A DNA stretch of 58,360 bases from Synergistaceae bacterium (GTDB lineage Bacteria; Synergistota; Synergistia; Synergistales; 79-D21). Shown here piece by piece: positions 1-7,843 of this stretch (positions within the stretch are counted from its first letter, which is position 1; each line of letters begins with the position of its first letter). The position numbers were made by a program, and so were the translations under genes. The stretch lies in assembly GCA_012517195.1 (NCBI GenBank), contig JAAYVK010000031.1:1-58360 (forward strand), written 5' to 3'. The notes beneath the pieces were generated by a model that made no database searches, was not told the origin of the DNA, and saw only the letters and a list, made by a program, of their open reading frames with translations.

Positions 1-101
1 AGCGTGAAGACTCCCGTGAAGCCCGTCAGAAGGGAAACGCCCATGGCGGCGATCCCGTTGATGAAAAGGAGGATGATGATCCCTTCAACATAGCCAGACA
101 T
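1..101 (-). CDS. Branched-chain amino acid ABC transporter permease, LivM-like (N-terminal end only; gene runs off the window)
   Basis: Reverse strand from ATG at 101 reads MSGYVEGIIILLFINGIAAMGVSLLTGFTGVFTL, a hydrophobic LivM-type N-terminus. It starts 12 nt after the livH stop and a GGAGG-like SD lies upstream. Confidence 0.6.
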   Translation of the reverse strand, partial: MSGYVEGIIILLFINGIAAMGVSLLTGFTGVFT

Positions 102-112
102 GGGAAGGCCTC

Positions 113-994
113 CTACACCTTTTCGCTGACCTGTTTTCCCAGGAGGCCTGAAGGCCTCCAGAGAAGCGTCAGAACCAGCATGCCAAACACGACCAAATCC
201 CGCATCTGGCTGGAGATGAATCCCGCCGTCAGCATTTCCGCCAGACCGAGGATCAGGCTCCCGAGCACGGCCCCGGGAAGGCTGCCCAACCCTCCGATGA
301 CCGCCGCGACAAAGGCCTTGATCGTGATAAAGCCCAGCTGGGGATAGAGCGTGTACCGCACGGACAAAAAGATGCCTCCGACCGCTGCGAGCAACCCGGC
401 GACGAAGAACACGATCGAGATGAGCCGGTTCACGTTTACACCCATCAACCCGGAGGTGCGCAGGTCATAGGAGGCGGCCCGGATGGCAAGGCCCCATTTC
501 GTCTTGCTGAGGAAAAGTTGAAGCGCCGTTAGGAAGAGGACGGCCATTCCCAGGGAAAGGAGGTCGAAAGCGCTTGTTGTCGCCAGTCCGAAGAAATTCA
601 CCGGGTCCGTCGGGATGACGGGAGGAAGGGCCCTGAACCGGCCACCGACGGTGACGACGAAGATGTTTTCTATCACGATGCTCATGCCCATGGAGGCGAT
701 CAAGAGGTAAAGGGTGACATTGGTCCGTTCCCGGATTGGCTTGTAGGCGAGCCGTTCAACCAGGATTGCCACCACGCCGGCGCCGACCATGGCCAAAAGG
801 CCTGATAGCCAAATGTTATGGCCCATTGCGGCCAGAGTGTAATAGCAAATATAGCCCCCGATGACCAGAAAGCCGCCGTGAGCGAAGTTGGAAAAAAGGA
901 GAATCGAATAAACCAGCGAGTAGCCGACGGCAATCAACGCGTAGACCGATCCAAGGGAAAGGCCGTTGATAATCTGTTGTATCAATGTATCCAA
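113..994 (-). CDS. livH: Branched-chain amino acid ABC transporter permease LivH
   Basis: 293-aa polytopic membrane ORF. The N-terminus MDTLIQQIINGLSLGSVYALIAVGYSLVYS is the classic LivH signature. It sits between a binding-protein gene and a LivM-like gene. Confidence 0.9.
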   Translation of the reverse strand: MDTLIQQIINGLSLGSVYALIAVGYSLVYSILLFSNFAHGGFLVIGGYICYYTLAAMGHNIWLSGLLAMVGAGVVAILVERLAYKPIRERTNVTLYLLIASMGMSIVIENIFVVTVGGRFRALPPVIPTDPVNFFGLATTSAFDLLSLGMAVLFLTALQLFLSKTKWGLAIRAASYDLRTSGLMGVNVNRLISIVFFVAGLLAAVGGIFLSVRYTLYPQLGFITIKAFVAAVIGGLGSLPGAVLGSLILGLAEMLTAGFISSQMRDLVVFGMLVLTLLWRPSGLLGKQVSEKV

Positions 995-1080
995 GTGGCC
1001 AACACCTCACTTGCTGAACAGGATATCCCCCAGGTCAAGGAATTCATGAAGCATGCGGTACCGATCGGTTCCTAGAATCG

Positions 1081-1114
1081 TGAAGGCGGGCGCGGACTAC
1101 CGCGCCCGCCTTCA
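1081..1114 (-). terminator. Perfect 15-bp GC-rich hairpin between the binding-protein gene and livH (partial terminator or mRNA stabiliser)
   Basis: tgaaggcgggcgcgg-acta-ccgcgcccgccttca. It lies 22 nt downstream of the binding-protein stop. The flanking T-tract is only weak. Confidence 0.5.
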
Positions 1115-1135
1115 CTTTGATTCGGATGCAGGAGA

Positions 1136-2290
1136 CTACTTGGGCTGAACCTTCGTGTAGAAGACCGCCTTGCCGCCCTTTGCAAGAAGGACGACGGCCG
1201 TCTTGTTCATCGGGTTGTGGGTTTTCGGGTCGATGGACATGACGGCGTGATGCAACTTCACGTCCTTCGTCTTTTCCAGGGCATCGCGGATGGCGGTGCT
1301 GTCTACCTTTCCGGCGCGCTTGATCGCGTCGGCAAGCCAGTAGACGGAGTCATAGGCGAGAACGCCGTTGACGAATTCCTTGCACTCGTCGTTGTATTTC
1401 TTTTTGTAGGAATCGAAGAAGGGCTTCATGGCGGGGTCGGCCGGGTCAACGTGGTTGATCCAGTAGCTGCCCTCCATGGAAGGTCCGGCGATTTCCCACA
1501 TGAAGTCGCCGTAACCGTCGCCTCCAATGAACACGATGTCCTTCATGCCGAGCTCGCGAGCCTGCTTCATGATCAGGGCCATTTCCTTGCCCATGTTCGG
1601 AAGGACGAGGACCTCGGCCTTGCTGTCGCGGATGGTGGTCAGCTGGGCGCGGAAGTCCACGTCGGTCCCGGCGCGGAAGCCCTGGTCGGCGACAACGGTG
1701 CCGCCGTATTTCTTGTAGTACTGCATGAAGAAGTCACGCAGTCCCTGCGAGTAATCGCTTCCGACGTCATAGAGGACGGCGGCCTTCATCTTCTTGAGGT
1801 TCTTCGCGGTAAAGTAGGCAATGACCTGCCCCTGGTAGGGATCGGTGAAGCAGATGCGGAACATGTAGGGGTTCAGCTTGCCTTCCGGGGTCACCGTGAC
1901 GTTCAGGTTTGTGGAGACGGTTCCGATCTGGGGAATCCTGTACTTCGTGGAAAGGGGGGCGGTAGCGATGTTGATCCCGCTTCCGTTGGCTCCGATGACA
2001 GCGACCACCTTGTCATTCTCGGCCATTCGGCGGAAAGCGTTCACCGCATCCTCGGGACGGGTTCGGAAGTCGTAGGGGACGAGCTCGAGCTTCTTGCCAA
2101 GCACGCCTCCCTTGGCGTTTATCTCGTCAACTGCGAGTTTCGCCGAGTTCAATTCCGTCTGTCCATAGGCAGCCCAGTCGCCGGTGAGAGCGGCCAGGTA
2201 CCCCACCTTGATCGTATCCGCGGCCAAAGCCGAACCGGCGAACACGACCGCCAGCGCAACTGCAACCAGCAGCAGTCCCAACTTCCTCAA
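1136..2290 (-). CDS. ABC transporter substrate-binding protein, LivJ/LivK (branched-chain amino acid) family
   Basis: The ORF runs 1136-2326. GGAGGTG lies inside the longest ORF, 7 nt before the TTG at 2290. That start gives a signal peptide MRKLGLLLVAVALAVVFAGSALA|ADT followed by IKVGYLAALTGDWAAYG, typical of type I periplasmic binding proteins. Confidence 0.85.
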   Translation of the reverse strand: MRKLGLLLVAVALAVVFAGSALAADTIKVGYLAALTGDWAAYGQTELNSAKLAVDEINAKGGVLGKKLELVPYDFRTRPEDAVNAFRRMAENDKVVAVIGANGSGINIATAPLSTKYRIPQIGTVSTNLNVTVTPEGKLNPYMFRICFTDPYQGQVIAYFTAKNLKKMKAAVLYDVGSDYSQGLRDFFMQYYKKYGGTVVADQGFRAGTDVDFRAQLTTIRDSKAEVLVLPNMGKEMALIMKQARELGMKDIVFIGGDGYGDFMWEIAGPSMEGSYWINHVDPADPAMKPFFDSYKKKYNDECKEFVNGVLAYDSVYWLADAIKRAGKVDSTAIRDALEKTKDVKLHHAVMSIDPKTHNPMNKTAVVLLAKGGKAVFYTKVQPK

Positions 2291-2336
2291 AACCAACCAC
2301 CTCCAATGATTGTTTGGAACTTTCAAACGCGCATCG

Positions 2337-2345
2337 ATTCTATCA
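2337..2345 (-). promoter_or_regulatory. Candidate extended -10 (TGATAGAAT) for the liv operon
   Basis: The minus strand reads TGaTAGAAT about 45 nt upstream of the proposed TTG start. No good -35 is present. Confidence 0.3.
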
Positions 2346-2403
2346 CAAAACCCGGGGACGATGACGTTTCAGGACTGGGCCCGCTGATGTATAAGTGACC
2401 AGC

Positions 2404-2412
2404 TGGTACAAT
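2404..2412 (+). promoter_or_regulatory. Candidate extended -10 (TGGTACAAT) for the HAD/kinase genes
   Basis: TGgTACAAT lies 26 nt upstream of the ATG at 2438. It overlaps the ATG at 2411, which argues against that upstream start. Confidence 0.3.
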
Positions 2413-2437
2413 GAACCTGTCTGAAGGGAGGACCAGG

Positions 2438-3325
2438 ATGAAGCTTTTGATCACGGATATCGATGGGACGCTGACGGATGGAAACCGCGTTCCGGAAGAG
2501 GTGGCGGAAGCCTGCGGTCGATTGAGGGCCAGGGGATGGAAGCTCATGATCGCCACAGGCCGGATCTGGGCTTCGGCCAGACCGTTTGCCGAAGCGATCG
2601 GCTCGGACCTCCCCTCGATCGTGTATGACGGGGCGAGGGTGCTGCAGGACGCGGGAACTGTCCCCTTCCCCTGCAGGGAGTGGAAGATCCCGAAGGGAAC
2701 AGCGGATCGGGTCCTGGCGCTTGGATGGGACTCTTCCCTCTTGATCCAGGCGTACGGGGATGAAGAGGTCACCTGCAGGCCTAAAGACGAGGTCACACAA
2801 CGCTTCTTCCGGGGACTTCGCGTGCCCGTCAGGCCGGACCTGGAAGCCCCTCGAATCGACTTTGACCCTTTCCGGATCATCTTTTACGGCGACCCCGGGG
2901 AGGCGCGGGCCCTGGGAGAAAGCATCAAGGGAACCCTGGCCGCGAAGGTGGAAGTGACCCTGGCGGGGGAAGGTTTTCTGGACATTCTGCCCGCGGGGGT
3001 ATCCAAAGGCGCGGCATTCAGGGCCTACCGGGCAGCCTCACGGCTCAGGACCGAGGCGGTTGTCGCTGCCGGCGATCACCTGAACGACATCGATCTCCTG
3101 CTTGAGGCCGACCTGGCCGTCACGTTCGAGGATGCCCCGCTGGAAGTGAGGGCTGTCTCCCATCTGGTCCTGCCTCCCGCTTCCTGCATGGGGTTTCTTG
3201 AGCTTTGCCGTTTCCTGGAGAAGGGGGAATCAACCCGGTTTTTCTCGAACATCGATAGAAATCACAGGCGGGGTTGCCCGGTCTTTCTTCGGGGGCAACC
3301 GCCCGAAACCAAACGGGAGGTGTGA
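2438..3325 (+). CDS. HAD-superfamily hydrolase (Cof-like phosphatase)
   Basis: [15 protein letters not shown] carries HAD motif I (DxDGT). A later [10 protein letters not shown] matches motif IV (GDxxND). SD GAAGGGAGGA precedes the ATG at 2438. Confidence 0.8.
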   Translation: MKLLITDIDGTLTDGNRVPEEVAEACGRLRARGWKLMIATGRIWASARPFAEAIGSDLPSIVYDGARVLQDAGTVPFPCREWKIPKGTADRVLALGWDSSLLIQAYGDEEVTCRPKDEVTQRFFRGLRVPVRPDLEAPRIDFDPFRIIFYGDPGEARALGESIKGTLAAKVEVTLAGEGFLDILPAGVSKGAAFRAYRAASRLRTEAVVAAGDHLNDIDLLLEADLAVTFEDAPLEVRAVSHLVLPPASCMGFLELCRFLEKGESTRFFSNIDRNHRRGCPVFLRGQPPETKREV

Positions 3326-3327
3326 AA

Positions 3328-3825
3328 ATGTCGGCAATCAAGGGATGGCAGGTCGAACGGATGGAGATCCCGGAGGGGTGCAACATCATCCTCGGGCAGA
3401 GTCACTTCATCAAGACGGTGGAAGATCTTTTCGAGGCTCTCGTCACGTCCTCCCCTGGCCTGCAGTTCGGAATCGCCTTTTGCGAGGCATCCGAACCCTG
3501 TCTTATCCGCCGTGACGGGAACTGCCCGGACCTGGTCGAGGCCGCGGTGAGAAACGCACGGGCGCTCTCCGCCGGGCACGCGTTCGTTGTCCTCATCCGC
3601 AACGGGTATCCGATCAACGTGCTCAACCGCATCAAGGGGGTTCAGGAAGTCTGTGGAATATTCGCAGCCACGGCGAACCCCCTTGAAGTCCTGGTCTTCG
3701 AAACGGAACAGGGCCGCGGAATTGCCGGGGTTGTGGACGGTTTCTCCTCGAGGGGAGTGGAAGAGGAAAGCCACGTCGAGGCCAGGAAAAATCTGCTGAG
3801 GAACATCATCGGCTACAAGCGTTAG
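3328..3825 (+). CDS. Adenosine-specific kinase family protein (PF04008-like)
   Basis: [38 protein letters not shown]...[18 protein letters not shown]...[10 protein letters not shown] closely resembles the conserved prokaryotic adenosine-specific-kinase family. SD GGAGGTG precedes the start. Confidence 0.75.
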   Translation: MSAIKGWQVERMEIPEGCNIILGQSHFIKTVEDLFEALVTSSPGLQFGIAFCEASEPCLIRRDGNCPDLVEAAVRNARALSAGHAFVVLIRNGYPINVLNRIKGVQEVCGIFAATANPLEVLVFETEQGRGIAGVVDGFSSRGVEEESHVEARKNLLRNIIGYKR

Positions 3826-3845
3826 TCGAAAAGCGCAAGAAATGT

Positions 3846-5234
3846 TCAGCCTGGGGACGGCCCGCCGGAGGCCGTCCCTTTTCTTTTCCAGCCCAGGAGG
3901 CAGCAGAGAGCGGAAACGAGAAGGCCGGAAAAGAGCGGGTTCCCGGGAAGGTGTGTTAGCGGCCACGAAAGGGTCAAGGCCAGCCCCGACAAGGAAGACA
4001 GGAAGGCCCAGCCGGCGGAAAGCCGCCCCGGGGCGAGCAGGGCGATCGAAAAGGGAAGGAAGGTCCCCGCGCCCCTCAACCCCATGCTCAGGTAACTCCA
4101 GGAGAGGATGAGGGACCCGGGTGCCAGGAGGGCCAGGAAGGCGGCAAAAAAGACCAGTGCAAGCAGGGTCAGGCGACTGGCCAGAAGTTGATCGCCTTCC
4201 AGCGGTTCTTTGCGCCGGAGAGCGGATGGGAGATCGCGGACCAGGTTCGTGGCGATGCCAAGGCAGAGCCCCGCCGCAGTTCCGATGATCGTGATGGCGA
4301 TCCCGCTCCAGAGGACCCCGGCGACAAACGGGGGGAAGTGCTGAGCAAGAAACTTCGGAAGGACCTGGGAGGCGACAAGTCCCGGCTGACGGACCCTCAT
4401 GCCGAGTCCCACCCAAATGGCAAAAAGTCCGAGGGGCGGCATCAGGACGGCGGAAAGAAGAGCGCCCTTCCGGGCGGTTTCTTCGCTTGAAGCCGAAAAA
4501 ACCGCCTGGATGTAGATCTGGGTGGTCATGACTCCGATCAGGAGAGAAAGGCCTGCATTCAGATCAACCCCCAGTCCCCTGCCAAAAAGGTTGAACCACG
4601 GATGGAGGGGCAGTGCATTCCAGAGCGGGGGAAGATTTCTCCCTTCCATTGCGGTGACGGCGGCGCAAACCGCCAGAACGAAGTAGAGAAAAGCGATTTT
4701 GGCTTTTCCCAGGACCCCGTAGCTCTTCAACCCGCCCAGAAGGATGAACCCCAGGACGGCCAGTGAGACCAGGCCCGCGGCGAGGGTGTCCGAGAGGGGC
4801 CAGATCCCCTGGATCATGGCCAGGCCCGCAAGGAACTGCGCCACTACCGAAACGAAGGTGCCGAGCGTCGAGGCAGCCAGGGCGACGATCCCGGTTTTCC
4901 TCCCATACTCCCGGGCAAGGAATTCCGGGATGGTCGAGAGTCCCGTTCGCCTCAGGGGGCGCGCAAACCAGAGGCCCAGGACAAGGCATCCGATTCCGCC
5001 TCCCAGGGTGAACCACCAGGCCGAGAGTCCCCAACGGTACGCCATTTCGACGGTTCCGACCGTGCTGGCTCCTCCCACCAGGGCCCCGAGGAGGATTCCG
5101 CTGACCTCCAGAGTGCCGGCGCTGCGTCCTGCCAGTGCGTAGTCTGCAACCGAGCGGACTCCCCTGCCCGAGAGAGTTCCCAAAAGAACAAAGGCGAGGA
5201 GAATGACGGCGGTTCCCATACCGAAGGCAACCAT
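3846..5234 (-). CDS. Sodium:solute symporter (SSS) family transporter
   Basis: Polytopic membrane protein. ADYALAGRSAGTLEVSGILLGALVGGASTVGTVEMAYRWGLSAWWFTLGGGIG is typical of the SSS N-terminal region. The longest ORF reaches 5312, but that extension is basic, non-hydrophobic and contains an 18-bp palindrome. Confidence 0.8.
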   Translation of the reverse strand: MVAFGMGTAVILLAFVLLGTLSGRGVRSVADYALAGRSAGTLEVSGILLGALVGGASTVGTVEMAYRWGLSAWWFTLGGGIGCLVLGLWFARPLRRTGLSTIPEFLAREYGRKTGIVALAASTLGTFVSVVAQFLAGLAMIQGIWPLSDTLAAGLVSLAVLGFILLGGLKSYGVLGKAKIAFLYFVLAVCAAVTAMEGRNLPPLWNALPLHPWFNLFGRGLGVDLNAGLSLLIGVMTTQIYIQAVFSASSEETARKGALLSAVLMPPLGLFAIWVGLGMRVRQPGLVASQVLPKFLAQHFPPFVAGVLWSGIAITIIGTAAGLCLGIATNLVRDLPSALRRKEPLEGDQLLASRLTLLALVFFAAFLALLAPGSLILSWSYLSMGLRGAGTFLPFSIALLAPGRLSAGWAFLSSLSGLALTLSWPLTHLPGNPLFSGLLVSALCCLLGWKRKGTASGGPSPG

Positions 5235-5262
5235 GGCTTTCGTCCCTTTCGTTCCGGATCTG

Positions 5263-5280
5263 CCGATATCGCGATATCGG
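5263..5280. promoter_or_regulatory. Perfect 18-bp palindrome CCGATATCGCGATATCGG (candidate operator)
   Basis: Exact inverted repeat in the divergent region between the SSS transporter (start 5234) and the DRTGG operon (start 5371). Confidence 0.5.
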
Positions 5281-5370
5281 GGAATTCTGTCCCGCTGACG
5301 GATCGTGGGCATTATGTTATTTTTATCACAGAGAACACCATGCTGACGCAGACCGGGGAGGTCGGACTTC

Positions 5371-5736
5371 TTGAATCTGAAGCAAATCGCAGCCTGTATC
5401 GGAGCGGAGATCCTTCATGGCGAAGCCCTGCTCGAAAAGGTCGAGATCGAGAGAGCTTACGCATCAGACCTGATGAGTGATGTGCTGGCCTTTGCCAGCC
5501 CTGGGACACTCCTTCTGACCGGACTGACCAACGTCCAGATCATCCGGACGGCCCAGATGATGGATATTCCAGCCGTAGTCTTCGTGAGGGGCAAAAAACC
5601 GCAGGAAGAAGCGGTAACCCTGGCCAGGTCAGCCGGCATGCCCCTTCTGGTCTCCTCGAAAAGCATGTACGAAACATGCGGCCTGCTTTACGCGGCCGGC
5701 CTGTCTCCCTGCGTCATCCCCACCCGGGAGGCATAG
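5371..5736 (+). CDS. DRTGG domain protein
   Basis: 121 aa. ...ASDLMSDVLAFASPGTLLLTGLTNVQIIRTAQMMDIPAVVFVRGKKP... matches the DRTGG fold pattern (LLTG in place of DRTGG). TTG start with GGGGAGG upstream. Confidence 0.7.
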   Translation: MNLKQIAACIGAEILHGEALLEKVEIERAYASDLMSDVLAFASPGTLLLTGLTNVQIIRTAQMMDIPAVVFVRGKKPQEEAVTLARSAGMPLLVSSKSMYETCGLLYAAGLSPCVIPTREA

Positions 5737-5739
5737 CGT

Positions 5740-6186
5740 GTGGATAGCCGTTATGAAGTGGAATTCACGGTGAGGGGGGACGATTTCCTCGCAGCGGGTG
5801 AAGCCTCCAACCAGATCAAGGAAACGCTGGTCATGCTGGGGGTCCCCTCCGCCATTTCCAGGAGGGCATCGGTCATTACCTACGAGGCGGAAATGAACCT
5901 CGTGATCCATGCAGGGGGTGGGATCCTGCGGGCGGTCATCACCCCGGAAAGGTTGACGATCGTGGCGACTGACCTGGGCCCCGGCATTCCGGACCTTGAC
6001 CTGGCCATGAAGGAAGGTTTTTCAACCGCCTCCGACCGGGTTCGCGAGATGGGATTCGGCGCCGGAATGGGGCTGCCGAACATCAAGCGCAATGCGGATG
6101 TCCTGAAAATCGACACGGAGGTCGGAAAGGGAACCACCTTGACTGCAACGGTTTTTTTCGGGCGGCAAGCCGAACAGGGGGGGTAG
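5740..6186 (+). CDS. RsbW/SpoIIAB-like serine-kinase-type ATPase (HATPase_c_2 family, anti-sigma-factor-like)
   Basis: 148 aa with an N-box EAEMNLVIHA, a G1 box DLGPGI and a G2 box GFGAGMGLPN. It starts 3 nt after the preceding stop. Confidence 0.75.
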   Translation: MDSRYEVEFTVRGDDFLAAGEASNQIKETLVMLGVPSAISRRASVITYEAEMNLVIHAGGGILRAVITPERLTIVATDLGPGIPDLDLAMKEGFSTASDRVREMGFGAGMGLPNIKRNADVLKIDTEVGKGTTLTATVFFGRQAEQGG

Positions 6187-6189
6187 GGG

Positions 6190-7503
6190 ATGGAAACTGG
6201 GGTAAAGATCGTCGAGGGAAGCTGCAAAGGATGCGTCAACTGCATCAAGTCCTGCCCAACCGAAGCCCTGAGGGTCATCGAGGGAAAGGTGAAAATCCTT
6301 CCCGAACTTTGCATTGACTGCGGGGAGTGTCTTCGAACCTGCCGGGAAAAAGCACTTGCCCTCGACGAAGATGATTGGGATCTCCTTAAAAGCCACGGCC
6401 CGGTGACGCTCATGGCAGACCCCACCTTTTGCGCCCAGTTCTCCCATTACTGGAGTCCGGGCCTGATTCGGGAAGCTTTGGCCTCCCTCGAAATGCAGGA
6501 CCTTTTCGACCAGGCCTCCATCGCCTTCGACCTGGCGGCGCTGGCAACCGCCCGCCAGCTGCAGGAGGCCTCCAGGGAGAGTCTTCCCCTCATCTCGATC
6601 TATTGCCCGGCGGTCGTGCGATTGATCCAGGTCCGCTTCCCCGAGTTGCTCCACCGGCTTGTGAAAACGGAAACCCCTCTTGAAACCGGAACCCTTCTCT
6701 GGAGAAGGGAAACCGGCTCGAAGGGCGGCGTCATCCTGGTGACCCCCTGCAGCGCAAAGGTGATGCTGGTAAGAGGGCCCGTGGGAAGGACAAAAAGCAT
6801 GATGGACCACGTCGTTTCGGTGAAGCGGCTGGCGAGGGACCTGCTTGCCGCCGGCCCCAAGGTGGAAGGCAAATCAGGCGCTCCCATCGGAAGCCGCTGG
6901 CTGGCCTGGGCGCTGCGGGGCGGAGAAAGCCGGCATGTCCGGGCGTTTTCCGAAAGGAAACTGACGACGATGGCCGTGTCTGGGCTCAGGAACACAATCG
7001 ACCTTTTACAGGACCTGGAACTCGGAAGACTGAAAGGCGTTGATTTCGTGGAATGCCGGGTTTGCGATCTCGGCTGCATCGGGGGGATCGGGAACGCGGA
7101 ATCCCGATTCCTTTCAGAGCTGAGGCTTTCCCGACAGCCCATCGAGTGGAAAGTCACGGCAGGGGAGCATGCCGCACTCCAGGAACTGTACGAAACCGGA
7201 ATCTGGAAGCTGGAGCAGCCCATCCAGCCAAGGCCCAGGCCCTCCCTGGCGGATACCCTCGACGTAGCGATGAAGAAATTGAAAGAGATGCAGGCCCTTT
7301 ACGCCGAACTGCCCCATATCGACTGCGGGGCCTGTGGGCGCCCCTCCTGCAGGGCTCTTGCGGAAGACGTGGTGAGAGGCGAGGGGGAGTTGACTGACTG
7401 CGTCTTCAAGCTGCGGGAACGGATCTCCCTCCTTGGGGAAGAGATCACCCTTTTGAGCGGCAAACTGCCGCACGCCTTTCATGAAAGGAAGCATGTCAAA
7501 TGA
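6190..7503 (+). CDS. [FeFe]-hydrogenase-like Fe-S protein (2x[4Fe-4S] ferredoxin domain, degenerate H-cluster domain, C-terminal CxxCxxxxC Fe-S domain)
   Basis: CKGCVNCIKSCP and CIDCGECLRTC are ferredoxin motifs. SIYCPAV, VTPCSAK and ECRVCDLGCIGGIGN parallel H-cluster motifs P1-P3. CGACGRPSCRALAEDV resembles the putative Fe-S cluster domain. Confidence 0.7.
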   Translation: METGVKIVEGSCKGCVNCIKSCPTEALRVIEGKVKILPELCIDCGECLRTCREKALALDEDDWDLLKSHGPVTLMADPTFCAQFSHYWSPGLIREALASLEMQDLFDQASIAFDLAALATARQLQEASRESLPLISIYCPAVVRLIQVRFPELLHRLVKTETPLETGTLLWRRETGSKGGVILVTPCSAKVMLVRGPVGRTKSMMDHVVSVKRLARDLLAAGPKVEGKSGAPIGSRWLAWALRGGESRHVRAFSERKLTTMAVSGLRNTIDLLQDLELGRLKGVDFVECRVCDLGCIGGIGNAESRFLSELRLSRQPIEWKVTAGEHAALQELYETGIWKLEQPIQPRPRPSLADTLDVAMKKLKEMQALYAELPHIDCGACGRPSCRALAEDVVRGEGELTDCVFKLRERISLLGEEITLLSGKLPHAFHERKHVK

Positions 7504-7835
7504 CCGTTTCGTCGTTGATCGAGGCACTCGGGCTGACCGTCCACCATGAAGGGAACGGGGATTGTCCCGTTTCCCGCGGAGTGGTCGGAGATCTTTTGAG
7601 CTTTGTCATGGGAGGGGCGCCGGAAGGTGCCGTCTGGGTGACCCTCCAGACTCACGTCAATATTGCGGCGGTAGCGGTTCTGAAAGACATCCCGCTAATC
7701 ATCCTGGCATCGGGGAGGACTCCAGACGCAGAGCTTCTCGAGCGGTGCCGCCAGGAAAACATTGGCCTTGCTGCCGCATCCGCTTCGCCCTTCGATGTCT
7801 GCGGTGCCCTCCACGACCTGGGGTTGAAGGGATAA
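7500..7835 (+). CDS. DRTGG domain protein (second copy)
   Basis: 111 aa. ...VGDLLSFVMGGAPEGAVWVTLQTHVNIAAVAVLKDIPLIILASGRTPD... has the same architecture as the 5371 gene. ATGA overlap with the upstream stop. Confidence 0.7.
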   Translation: MTVSSLIEALGLTVHHEGNGDCPVSRGVVGDLLSFVMGGAPEGAVWVTLQTHVNIAAVAVLKDIPLIILASGRTPDAELLERCRQENIGLAAASASPFDVCGALHDLGLKG

Positions 7836-7843
7836 ACGGGCGG

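Noticed and set aside
1217-2398. 393-aa plus-strand ORF
   Set aside because: It is antisense to the clearly identified LivJ-like binding-protein gene. Its composition is low-complexity (G/V/D/H-rich) and it has no SD.
3262-4416. 384-aa minus-strand ORF overlapping the adenosine-kinase-family gene and the SSS transporter
   Set aside because: It is out of frame with or antisense to two well-supported genes. Its composition is Pro/Arg/Gly-rich.
7562-7843. N-terminal 94-codon extension of the PHP ORF
   Set aside because: It overlaps the second DRTGG gene in another frame and is Arg/Gly/Cys-rich. The PHP motif (ADLHIHT) starts right after the ATG at 7844.
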